Of a stretch of DNA of 64,000 nt, positions 25,420 to 33,874 are shown one piece after another. Source of the stretch: Actinomycetota bacterium (lineage in GTDB: Bacteria > Actinomycetota > Acidimicrobiia > Acidimicrobiales > VFJN01); NCBI GenBank assembly GCA_046730015.1, contig JBKPHT010000137.1, forward strand, positions 1,512-65,511, in the 5' to 3' direction. The position numbers and the translations under genes were made by a program. The notes beneath the pieces are model-generated. The model was not told the DNA's origin and made no database searches. It saw only the letters and a list, made by a program, of their open reading frames with translations. Position 1 is the first letter of the stretch. Every line of letters begins with the position of its first letter.

Positions 25420-28071
25420 GTGTCGTCACCCGAGAACCCCCACCGGCTCCCTCGTTCGGTCGTCCCGCGCCGCTACGACCTCACCCTCGAGCCCGACCTC
25501 GACGCCGCCACGTTCGCCGGGCACGAGGCCGTGACGGTCGAGGTGGTCGAGCCGACCGCCGAGATCGTCATCAACGCCGTCGACCTCGAGATCGACGAGG
25601 CCACCCTCACCACCGCCGGGGGCGAACCGCTCGCGGCCACGGTCACCCTCGACGCCGAGGCCGAGCGCGCGACCCTCGCCTTCGGGTCCGAGCTGCCGCT
25701 GGGCGAGGCGACCCTGGCCCTCCGGTTCCGGGGGGTGCTCAACGACAAGCTGGTCGGGTTCTACCGGTCGACCTTCGTCGACCACGAGGGGACCGAGCGG
25801 GTGCTGGCCACCACCCAGATGGAGGCGACCGACGCCCGCCGGGCCTTCCCCTGCTGGGACGAGCCCGACGCCAAGGCGGTGTTCGGCGTCACGCTCGTCG
25901 TGCCCGACGACCTGCTCGCCATCTCCAACGCCGGGGAGATCGGCCGCGAGCCGGTGGGCGAGGGCAGGGTGGCGGTGCGGTTCGCCGACACCATGTCGAT
26001 GTCGACCTACCTGGTGGCGTTCGTGGTCGGGCCACTGGTGGCGACCGCCTCCGTCGACGTCGACGGCAAGCCGCTGCGGGTCGTTTGCCCGCCGGGGCAG
26101 GAGGGGCTGGCCGAGTTCGCCCTGGAGGTGGGGGCGTTCGCCCTTCGGTACTTCAGCGACTGGTTCGGCATGGTCTACCCGGGCGACAAGCTCGACCTGG
26201 TGGCGATCCCCGACTTCGCGTTCGGGGCGATGGAGAACCTGGGGTGCGTCACGTTCCGCGAGCGGTACCTGCTGATCGACCCGGCGACGGCGACGCAGTC
26301 CGAGCTGCAGGCGGTGGTCGACATCATCGCCCACGAGCTGGCCCACATGTGGTTCGGCGACCTGGTGACGATGAAGTGGTGGAACGGCATCTGGCTCAAC
26401 GAGGCGTTCGCCACGTTCATGGAGATGACCTGCACCGACGCGTTCCGCCCGGAGTGGCAGCGGTGGGTCGACTTCGGGCTGTCGCGGTCGGCCGCGTTCG
26501 ACACCGACGCCCTCGACACGACCCGGCCGATCGAGTACCCGGTCGTGTCGCCGGCCGACGCGGACGGCATGTTCGACGTGCTCACCTACGAGAAGGGTGC
26601 GTCGGTGGTGCGGATGCTGGAGCAGTACCTGGGCGCCGACCGGTTCCGCGACGGCATCCGCCGCTACATGGCCGCCCACCAGTTCGGCAACACCGAGACG
26701 TCCGACCTGTGGGACGCCCTCGAGGCCGAGACCGGCGAGCCGGTCCGCCGCATCGCGGAGAGCTGGATCTTCCAGGGCGGGTTCCCGGAGGTGTCGGTCG
26801 AGCCGGCCGTGGACGGCGACGGGGGCCTGTCGCTGACCCAGCGCCGCTTCCGCTTTGCGGGCGGCGACGAGCTCGTGCCGGACGGCGACGGGCCCGGTGG
26901 TGGGACGAGCGACCGCCCCACAGTGGGCGACGAGTGGGCCGTGCCGGTGGTGCTGGAGCGGCACGGCGGTGGCGCCGGGGCGCACCGGGTGCTGCTCGAC
27001 GGCCACACCGCGACGGTGGCCCCGGGCGCCCGGGTGGCGGCCGAGGTCCCCGCCCCGGACGGCGGCGACGCGCCCACCTGGGTGAAGGCCAACGCCGGGG
27101 CCCACGGCTTCTACCGGGTCCGCTACGCGCCGGCGCTGCTGGAGGCGGCGCTCGACCACCTCGACCAGTTCACGGCCCTGGAGCGCTACACCCTGGTCGA
27201 CGACGCCTGGGCCGCGGTCCTCGCCGGGTCGGTGGAGGCCGCCGACTTCGTCGCGCTGGTCGAGCGGTTCGCCGACGAGCGCGACCTGTCGGTGTGGGAG
27301 CGCATCCTCGCGGCGCTCGACCAGCTCGACCGCCTCGTGGAGGGCGACGCCCGCCAGGCCCTCCACACCCGGGTGGCGGCGCTGGTGGGGCCGGTCCGGG
27401 CCGCGCTGGGCGCCGAGGCCGAGCCGGGCGAGGACGACCGGACCCGGACGCTGCGGGGCCTGCTGCTGCAGGCCGCCGCGCTGCTGGCCGACGACGGGGC
27501 CGCGAGGGAACGGTCGGCCGACCTGCTCGACCGGTTCCTGGAGCACCCGCCGAGCGTCGACCCGAGCCTGGCGTCCCCGGCCCTTGTCGTGTCGGCCACC
27601 CTCGGCGACCGGGCGCTCCACGACCGGCTGGCCGATCGCTTCCGGGCCGCCGACAACCCGCAGGACCGGGAGCGGCTGCTGCTGGCCCTGTCCCGCTTCC
27701 GCGATCCCGACTGCCTCGCCCGGACGCTGGAGCTCAGCTTGTCCGGCGACGTCCGCACCCAGGACGCCCCGTACCTGCTGCGGGAGACGCTGGCCAACCG
27801 CGACAACGGCCCAACGGCGTGGGCGTTCGTGGCCGCGAACTGGCCCGAGATCGAGCGCCGGTTCCCGGCCAACAGCCTGTCGCGTCTGGTGGGCGGGGTC
27901 CGCCAGGTCCGGGACGCCGCCCTGGCCCGGGAGGTGGCCGCGTTCCTCGCCGAGCACCCGATCCCCCAGGGCGAGCTCCAGGTCCGCCAGCACGTCGAGC
28001 GCATGGGGGTCAACGTCGCCCTCGCCGAGCGCGAGTCCCCCCGGCTCTCCGCCGCCCTCACGGGCGCCTGA
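25420..28071 (+). CDS. pepN: aminopeptidase N (M1 family)
   Basis: GAMEN exopeptidase motif, HELAHMWFGDLVTMKWWNGIWLNEAFA zinc site, and a C-terminal ERAP1-like domain. 883 aa. Confidence 0.95.
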   Translation: MSSPENPHRLPRSVVPRRYDLTLEPDLDAATFAGHEAVTVEVVEPTAEIVINAVDLEIDEATLTTAGGEPLAATVTLDAEAERATLAFGSELPLGEATLALRFRGVLNDKLVGFYRSTFVDHEGTERVLATTQMEATDARRAFPCWDEPDAKAVFGVTLVVPDDLLAISNAGEIGREPVGEGRVAVRFADTMSMSTYLVAFVVGPLVATASVDVDGKPLRVVCPPGQEGLAEFALEVGAFALRYFSDWFGMVYPGDKLDLVAIPDFAFGAMENLGCVTFRERYLLIDPATATQSELQAVVDIIAHELAHMWFGDLVTMKWWNGIWLNEAFATFMEMTCTDAFRPEWQRWVDFGLSRSAAFDTDALDTTRPIEYPVVSPADADGMFDVLTYEKGASVVRMLEQYLGADRFRDGIRRYMAAHQFGNTETSDLWDALEAETGEPVRRIAESWIFQGGFPEVSVEPAVDGDGGLSLTQRRFRFAGGDELVPDGDGPGGGTSDRPTVGDEWAVPVVLERHGGGAGAHRVLLDGHTATVAPGARVAAEVPAPDGGDAPTWVKANAGAHGFYRVRYAPALLEAALDHLDQFTALERYTLVDDAWAAVLAGSVEAADFVALVERFADERDLSVWERILAALDQLDRLVEGDARQALHTRVAALVGPVRAALGAEAEPGEDDRTRTLRGLLLQAAALLADDGAARERSADLLDRFLEHPPSVDPSLASPALVVSATLGDRALHDRLADRFRAADNPQDRERLLLALSRFRDPDCLARTLELSLSGDVRTQDAPYLLRETLANRDNGPTAWAFVAANWPEIERRFPANSLSRLVGGVRQVRDAALAREVAAFLAEHPIPQGELQVRQHVERMGVNVALAERESPRLSAALTGA

Positions 28072-28074
28072 GGG

Positions 28075-28110
28075 CGAGGCGATGGCGGTCGCTTCCGTGT
28101 TCTCGCCTCG
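28075..28110 (+). repeat. degenerate GAGGCGAT-type unit (copy J)
   Basis: cgaggcgatggcggtcgcttccgtgttctcgcctcg. Unit 1 and the linker are retained, the central palindrome is missing. It lies directly after the pepN stop. Confidence 0.45.
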
Positions 28111-28228
28111 ACAACGACCGAACCACATCCGACGAGGCGGTTTGCGCCGGCGGGGGTCGGGCAGCCACCATCGAGAGACCCCACCGACCGGCGCTGAGGA
28201 CCGGACGGTGGGCCGACCTCGGATCCGT

Positions 28229-28879
28229 ATGCATCATCCGCCGCTTGAGATCCCGCGACTGCGGGCCATGGCCCGCCACGCCCTGCCGAACCTGGTGGAG
28301 GCGAGCCTCATCCCGCTCGCCGTCTTCTACGGCGCCCTGTCGCTGATCGGCGTCTGGGGCGCCCTCCTGGCCGCGCTCGGCTGGTCGTACGCGGCGATCG
28401 TCCGTCGGCTCGTGACCCGGAAGCCATTACCCGGCCTGCTGCTGGTCGGCGCCGCCGGCCTCACCGCCCGGACGGCGGTGGCGGCGCTCGCGGGCAGCGT
28501 GGTCGTCTACTTCCTGCAGCCGACGCTCACCACGGTGGTGGTGGCGACCGTCTTCCTCCTGTCGGTGCCGGCGGGGCGGCCGCTGGCCCAGCGGCTGGCC
28601 GGCGACTTCTGCCCGCTGCCCGAGACGTTCGTGTCCAGCCCGCCGGTCCGGCGGTTCTTCGCCCGGATCACCGTGCTGTGGGCGCTCGTCCAGCTCGTCA
28701 ACGCGACGCTGGGCATCTGGCTGCTCGTGACCCAGCCGGTGGGGACCTACGTCCTCGCCCGGGCGGCCTCCTCGTGGGTTCTGACCGGGGCGGCGATCCT
28801 CGCCTCCACCCTGTACTTCCGCCACTCCATGCGGCGCCACGGCATCGCGGTCCGCTGGAGGCCGGCCGTTGCCGCGTGA
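28229..28879 (+). CDS. polytopic membrane protein (possibly VC0807/DUF3159-like)
   Basis: About 6 TM segments. ATG 28229 or 28268, within track ORF 27584..28879. The family assignment is tentative. Confidence 0.65.
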   Translation: MHHPPLEIPRLRAMARHALPNLVEASLIPLAVFYGALSLIGVWGALLAALGWSYAAIVRRLVTRKPLPGLLLVGAAGLTARTAVAALAGSVVVYFLQPTLTTVVVATVFLLSVPAGRPLAQRLAGDFCPLPETFVSSPPVRRFFARITVLWALVQLVNATLGIWLLVTQPVGTYVLARAASSWVLTGAAILASTLYFRHSMRRHGIAVRWRPAVAA

Positions 28880-29675
28880 CACCCGGGCGCTGACCCTCCG
28901 CACCGCCGACGGCGTCGCCCTGGCCGCCGACGCCTGGCCGGCGCCCGAGTGGGCCGCCCCCGCCGCGGCGGCGGTGGTGCTGGTCCACGGCTTCACCGCC
29001 CACCGGCGCGACCCGTCGGTGATGGCGATGGCCCACGAGCTGCGGGCCGCAGGCCTCGCCGTCCTGACCTACGACATGCGCGGCCACGGCGAATCGGAGG
29101 GCCTGTGCACGCTCGGCGACCGCGAGGCCCTCGACGTCGCCGCCGCCACCGTCGCCGCCCGCGACCTGGCCCCCCGGGTCGTGCTCGTCGGGGCGTCGCT
29201 GGGCGCGATCGCGGTGCTCCGCCACGCGGTCGACGACCCGGATCTGGCCGGGGTCGTCACCGTGAGCTCGCCGGCCCGGTGGCGGCTGCGGACGCCCCGG
29301 ACCGTGCTGGCCGCCGCCCTGACCCGCACCGGCCTCGGCCGGCGGCTCGCCCGCCGGCTGGGCGTCCGGCTCGACCGCCGCTGGCGCTGGCCCGAGCCGC
29401 CCGACCGGCTGGCAGCCCGCCTACCGGTGCCGCTCGCGGTGGTCCACGGCGCCGACGACCGGTTCATGCCGGCGGGCGAGGCAGACATCCTGCACGGGGC
29501 GGGCGCCGGCGACCAGGGGCACGGCGGCCGGCGGCGGCTCGACCTGGTGCCGCGCATGGGCCACGCGTTCTGCACCCACGGGCACGAGGCCGTCGTCGAG
29601 GCGGTGGCGTGGTGCCTGGCCCCGGCGGACCGTCAGTCGCGGTCCCAGGGCGCCGTGTCGCCCATCTTGTCGTAG
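28869..29675 (+). CDS. alpha/beta hydrolase
   Basis: VLVHGFTAH, nucleophile elbow GASLGA, and HGADD...H region. The TTG/GTG start overlaps the preceding gene. Confidence 0.8.
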   Translation: MPRDTRALTLRTADGVALAADAWPAPEWAAPAAAAVVLVHGFTAHRRDPSVMAMAHELRAAGLAVLTYDMRGHGESEGLCTLGDREALDVAAATVAARDLAPRVVLVGASLGAIAVLRHAVDDPDLAGVVTVSSPARWRLRTPRTVLAAALTRTGLGRRLARRLGVRLDRRWRWPEPPDRLAARLPVPLAVVHGADDRFMPAGEADILHGAGAGDQGHGGRRRLDLVPRMGHAFCTHGHEAVVEAVAWCLAPADRQSRSQGAVSPILS

Positions 29676-30001
29676 TACTTGGCCAGGTGTGACTTGACCC
29701 TGTCGATGTCGGACTTCGGGAGCTTGACGCCGCCCCGGGCGCCCTGCATGACGTTGCCGGCGGCCATGACGGCGCGGGGGACGGCCATCAGGCGGCCGTC
29801 GATCACGTCGGCGATGAGCAGCTTGTAGGCGCCGAACTCGTCCTTGTTGTCGGCGTCGTACCAGACGTGGGCGTCCCGGTACCGGGCGTCGGGCTCCTCG
29901 GTGGCGTCGGCCCACTCGCGCACCCGCTTGTCGGCGGCGTCGCCGTCCCACGGGCGGTCCCGGTCGGCGAGCGGCAGGTTCTGGAAGGAGGTCACGGCCA
30001 T
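29633..30001 (-). CDS. hypothetical protein (122 aa)
   Basis: ATG ORF MAVTSFQNLPLADRDRPWDGDAADKRVREW...YKLLIADVIDGRLMAVPRAVMAAG. No family named with confidence. It overlaps the 3' end of the convergent hydrolase by 43 nt. Confidence 0.68.
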   Translation of the reverse strand: MAVTSFQNLPLADRDRPWDGDAADKRVREWADATEEPDARYRDAHVWYDADNKDEFGAYKLLIADVIDGRLMAVPRAVMAAGNVMQGARGGVKLPKSDIDRVKSHLAKYYDKMGDTAPWDRD

Positions 30002-30040
30002 GACGGCTCCTCTCGGTTGCGACCCGCGGTGGGCTACCCG

Positions 30041-30673
30041 TCAGATCAGCGACAACACCAGGAGGATCTGCGCGAGGTGGTAGGTCACCATGACCGCCGT
30101 GTCGCCGTCCGGGTGGCGTTCGACGAACCGGTTCCAGCCGATGAGCGCGTCCGACGCGTAGAAGAGCGCCGCGCCGGCGATCGGGAGGAGCCGCCCGGTC
30201 CCGACGGCGGCGACCACCATCGCGGAGATGACGCCCATGTAGGCCAGCACCGGCGGGGCCAGGGCCGGCTCGGACCGCCGGACGCCGTGCACGATCCGGA
30301 CCCCGACCAGGGCGAAGGCGACGGCCACGGCCGCCAGGCCTGCGAGCAACCACCCCGGCTCCACCCCGTCGACCACGAAGCCCACCGTGTACGCGATGTG
30401 GGCGCCCAGGAACGCGGCCAGGCCCGGGACGAACAGGTCGCCCGGCAGCATCAGCAGCACGTCGCCGGCGAGCGACAGCACCAGCGCCACGACGAACCAG
30501 GTCCGGACGGTCGGGTCGCTCGGGTCGAAGGCCAGCGCCGCGGCGGTGAGCGCGGCGAGCGTCAGGGGCTTGCACAGGTACTCGACCCGCCGGTTGTCGT
30601 GGCGGACCGCCATCCAGTCGGCCACCGCGGCGGCCAGCGTGATGGCTAGCAGCAGGAACGCGGCGCCGGTCAC
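30041..30673 (-). CDS. lysoplasmalogenase family protein (YhhN)
   Basis: Seven to eight TM helices, an EYLCKPLT motif, and the C-terminal pattern of YhhN. Confidence 0.82.
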   Translation of the reverse strand: MTGAAFLLLAITLAAAVADWMAVRHDNRRVEYLCKPLTLAALTAAALAFDPSDPTVRTWFVVALVLSLAGDVLLMLPGDLFVPGLAAFLGAHIAYTVGFVVDGVEPGWLLAGLAAVAVAFALVGVRIVHGVRRSEPALAPPVLAYMGVISAMVVAAVGTGRLLPIAGAALFYASDALIGWNRFVERHPDGDTAVMVTYHLAQILLVLSLI

Positions 30674-30696
30674 GGTGCCCCGATCCCACGGAGGAT

Positions 30697-30795
30697 CTCG
30701 AGGCGATAGCGGTCGATCCGCCGTACCCGAGGCAATGGTGGTCGGCCCCCGACCCCTATCGCCTCGAGAACCGGACGGCGATCCCTATCGCCTCG
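30697..30795. repeat. GAGGCGATAGGGG-type nested palindromic element, copy E (4 units)
   Basis: Unit arrangement is direct, direct, inverted, inverted (gaggcgatagcggtcg ... cgaggcaatggtggtcggcccccgacccctatcgcctcgagaacc ... atccctatcgcctc). Confidence 0.9.
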
Positions 30796-30803
30796 CCGAA
30801 CGA

Positions 30804-32069
30804 TCACGGGGTGTCGGCTCCGCCGAGCCCGGCCCCGCCGAGCCCGGCCTCGGCGAGGGCCTCGGCCCAGGTCGCCCGGCGCTCGACCAGGCCCCGGAAC
30901 GTGACCAGCAGGCGGGGCCGGTTCATCGCCAGTGCGCCGACCAGCCGATCGCCCCGGCGGTAGAGGGCGACGAAGCGCCGCTCCTCCACCGACCCATCGA
31001 CCACCCGCACCTCGTCGGCGTCCGACGACCGCCCGGCGAGCTGGATCTTCCGGTCGTACTGGTCGGACCAGAACCACGGCACCGGGTCGTACGGCTCCCA
31101 GGCCGGGGCGGCACCGTCGGCGAGATCGTCGAGCAGCCGCCGGGCGGCGTGCTCGCCCATGGCGATCGCGTTGTCCCAGTGCTCCACCCGCATCAGCTCG
31201 CCGAACCGGTGGCTCGGCCAGCGGGCCACGTCGCCGGCGGCCACGATGCCCGGCGCGGCGCGGGTCGTCGCGTCGCACACCACCCCGTCGTCCAGGGCCA
31301 GCCCCGACCCCTCCAGCCAGCCCGTGTTGGGCGTGACCCCGATGCCGACCACGACCAGGTCGGCCTCGACGACCGAATCGTCGGCCAGCCGCACCCGCTC
31401 GACCCGGCCGGCACCCTCGATACCGGCCACGCCGACGCCGAGCCGGACCACGACGCCGTGGTCGCGGTGGAGGTCGCCCATCGCCGAGCCCATCTCGTCG
31501 CCCAGGGCCCGGCCCAGCGGGACCGGCAGGGCCTCCAGCACGGTGACCTCGCAGCCCCGGCCCCGGCAGGTGGCCGCCACCTCGGAGCCGATGAACCCGG
31601 CCCCGACGACCACCACCCGGCCGGCGCCGGCGTCGAGGTCGGCCCGGACGGCCAGGCAGTCGTCGAGGGTGCGCAGGGTGTGGACGCCGGCCAGCTCGCC
31701 GGTGCCGGGCAGCGACCGGGGCCGGGCGCCGGTGGCGATCACCAGGCCGTCGTAGGGCAGCTCCTCGCCGCCGGCGAGCGTGACCCGGCGGCCGGCGGGG
31801 TCGAGCCCGGTGGCCCGGGTGCCGAGCCGCCAGTCGACGTCGAGGCCGTCGAGTCCGCCCGCCCCGCCGACGGTGAGCTCGATGCGGTCGAGGTCCCAGG
31901 ACCCCGCCAGCACCTGCTTGGACAGGGGCGGGCGGTCGTAGGGCCGGTGCTCCTCGTCGCCGACCACCGTGAGCCGGCCGCCGAAGCCACGGTGGCGCAG
32001 CTCCTCGGCCGCCCGCAGGCCGGCCAGCGACGCGCCGACGACGACGACGGCGGGTGCCGCCTCCGTCAC
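30804..32069 (-). CDS. NAD(P)/FAD-dependent ferredoxin reductase
   Basis: VVVVGASLAGLRAAEELR dinucleotide fold, RPPLSK, and a second GxGxxG VVVVGAGFIGSEVA. GTG 32069 overlaps the ferredoxin stop. Confidence 0.9.
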   Translation of the reverse strand: MTEAAPAVVVVGASLAGLRAAEELRHRGFGGRLTVVGDEEHRPYDRPPLSKQVLAGSWDLDRIELTVGGAGGLDGLDVDWRLGTRATGLDPAGRRVTLAGGEELPYDGLVIATGARPRSLPGTGELAGVHTLRTLDDCLAVRADLDAGAGRVVVVGAGFIGSEVAATCRGRGCEVTVLEALPVPLGRALGDEMGSAMGDLHRDHGVVVRLGVGVAGIEGAGRVERVRLADDSVVEADLVVVGIGVTPNTGWLEGSGLALDDGVVCDATTRAAPGIVAAGDVARWPSHRFGELMRVEHWDNAIAMGEHAARRLLDDLADGAAPAWEPYDPVPWFWSDQYDRKIQLAGRSSDADEVRVVDGSVEERRFVALYRRGDRLVGALAMNRPRLLVTFRGLVERRATWAEALAEAGLGGAGLGGADTP

Positions 32070-32266
32070 TCGTCGACGACGGAGATCGCCGCCTTGGGGC
32101 AGCGGCGTACAGCCTCGTCGACCTTCGGCCGGAGGTCGTCGGGCGGCGTCTCGTCGAGGATGTACAGGAAGTCGTCGTCCCGCACCTCGAACACCTCCGG
32201 TGCCGCCTCCATGCACCGGGCGTTGCTCTCACACAGATCGAAGTCGACCACCACGCGGTAGCCCAT
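32066..32266 (-). CDS. ferredoxin (single-cluster, 66 aa)
   Basis: MGYRVVVDFDLCESNARCMEAAPEVFEV...RRCPKAAISV, the typical actinobacterial 3Fe-4S/4Fe-4S ferredoxin. ATG at 32266. Confidence 0.85.
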   Translation of the reverse strand: MGYRVVVDFDLCESNARCMEAAPEVFEVRDDDFLYILDETPPDDLRPKVDEAVRRCPKAAISVVDE

Positions 32267-32355
32267 CGGCCAGTCTCCCCTTCGGTTGCCGGAGCGCACG
32301 CCGCTCCGGATACTCAACTGCGCGAGCAACCTAGTGCCGGTAGCTTCGGCGCAGC

Positions 32356-33600
32356 ATGGTGGCCCCCGACGAGATGAGCCGGCGCGACGCCCGCCGGGTG
32401 GCGCTGGCCGCCCAGGGGCTGGCGGAGCCCCGCCCGCGTGGTCGGGTCGACCGCCGCCACTTCCGCCGGGTGCTCGACCGGCTGGCGACGGTGCAGATCG
32501 ACTCGGTCAACGTCGTCACCCGCAGCCACGAGCTGGTGTTCTTCTCCCGGCTCGGCGCCTACGACCGGGACGCGCTCACCCGCTGGCTGTGGGACAGCCG
32601 GGAGGTGTTCGAGTACTGGGGGCACGAGGCGTCGCTCCACCCGGTCGAGCGCTACCCGCTGCTCCGGTGGCGGATGCAGGGCGGTCACGCGTGGGGCGGC
32701 GTCCGGCGCAGCGCGGAGGACAACCCCGACCTGGTGGCCGCGGCGCTGGCCGAGATCGCCGCCCGGGGGCCGATCCCGATCGGCGACATGGACGTCAACC
32801 GGCGGGCGCCCCGTCAGGAGGACCAGTGGTGGGGTTGGGGCGACGGCAAGCGGGTCGTCGAGCACCTCTTCCACAGCGGCGACGTCACCGCGGTCCGCCG
32901 CAACGGGTTCACCCGCTACTACATGCTCCCCGAGCTGTGGCTGCCACCCGAAGTGCTCGTCGCGCCGGTCCCGTCCGAGGACGAGGCGCGACGCCGGCTG
33001 CTGCTGGTGGCGGCCGCCGCGCACGGCGTCGGCACCGCCCGCGACCTGGCCGACTACTACCGGCTCAACGTCCCGGCGGCCAAGCCGGTGCTGGAGGAGC
33101 TGGCGGCAGAGGGCGCGCTCGTCCCCGTCCGGGTCGAGGGCTGGAGGGATCCGGCCTACCTGCACCCCGAGGCCCGGCTGCCCCGCCGGCGGGTGCGGGC
33201 CCGGGCGCTGCTGTCGCCGTTCGACTCGCTGATCTGGGAACGGAGCCGCACCGAGCGGCTGTGGGCGTTCCCCTACCGCATCGAGATCTACGTGCCCGCC
33301 GCCAAGCGGGTCCACGGCTACTACGTGATGCCGTTCCTGCTCGACGAGGCGCTGGTGGCCCGGGTCGACCTCAAGGCCGACCGGCAGGCGGGCCTGCTGC
33401 GGGTGCGGTCCGCGTGGTCGGAGCCGGGGACGGCGCGGGACCGCGACCGGGTCTGCGCGGAGCTGGCGGCCGAGCTCGCGGTGTTGGCCGAGTGGCTGGG
33501 CCTCGGCGGCGTCGGCGTCGAGGCCCGGGGCGACCTGGCCGCCGACCTGGGCGCGACCGTCGCCCGCGCCGGGGACGGCGACCGCGTGACCGCCGTCTGA
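32356..33600 (+). CDS. winged-helix DNA glycosylase, YcaQ/AlkZ family (DUF1006)
   Basis: ALAAQGL...LATVQIDSVNVVTRSHELVFFSRLG...FEYWGHEAS... pattern. 414 aa. Confidence 0.82.
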   Translation: MVAPDEMSRRDARRVALAAQGLAEPRPRGRVDRRHFRRVLDRLATVQIDSVNVVTRSHELVFFSRLGAYDRDALTRWLWDSREVFEYWGHEASLHPVERYPLLRWRMQGGHAWGGVRRSAEDNPDLVAAALAEIAARGPIPIGDMDVNRRAPRQEDQWWGWGDGKRVVEHLFHSGDVTAVRRNGFTRYYMLPELWLPPEVLVAPVPSEDEARRRLLLVAAAAHGVGTARDLADYYRLNVPAAKPVLEELAAEGALVPVRVEGWRDPAYLHPEARLPRRRVRARALLSPFDSLIWERSRTERLWAFPYRIEIYVPAAKRVHGYYVMPFLLDEALVARVDLKADRQAGLLRVRSAWSEPGTARDRDRVCAELAAELAVLAEWLGLGGVGVEARGDLAADLGATVARAGDGDRVTAV

Positions 33601-33630
33601 CCGGGCTGCGGCGGGGGTACACGAGCGACG

Positions 33631-33786
33631 ATGACATTGATCCTGTTTCTCATCGCAGCCGTGCTCGTGATCCTCGGCATCGTCCGCATCGTCCGGGGGG
33701 AGATCCTGCTGGGCATCGTCCTCATCGTGGTGGGCTGTCTCGTCGGGCCGGGTGGGTACTCGATCGTCGGCGCCCTCACCCCCTGA
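33631..33786 (+). CDS. small membrane protein (51 aa, GPGG motif)
   Basis: MTLILFLIAAVLVILGIVRIVRGEILLGIVLIVVGCLVGPGGYSIVGALTP: two hydrophobic helices and lower local GC. It falls below the ORF-track length cutoff. Confidence 0.55.
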   Translation: MTLILFLIAAVLVILGIVRIVRGEILLGIVLIVVGCLVGPGGYSIVGALTP

Positions 33787-33874
33787 CGCCCCGCGCGGAA
33801 CGGGAGCGCCCGGCGTCCCGGGCGCTCCCGTCCTGCGTGTGCGGTGACGGCCGGGCGGCGGTCCCCGAACCTGG

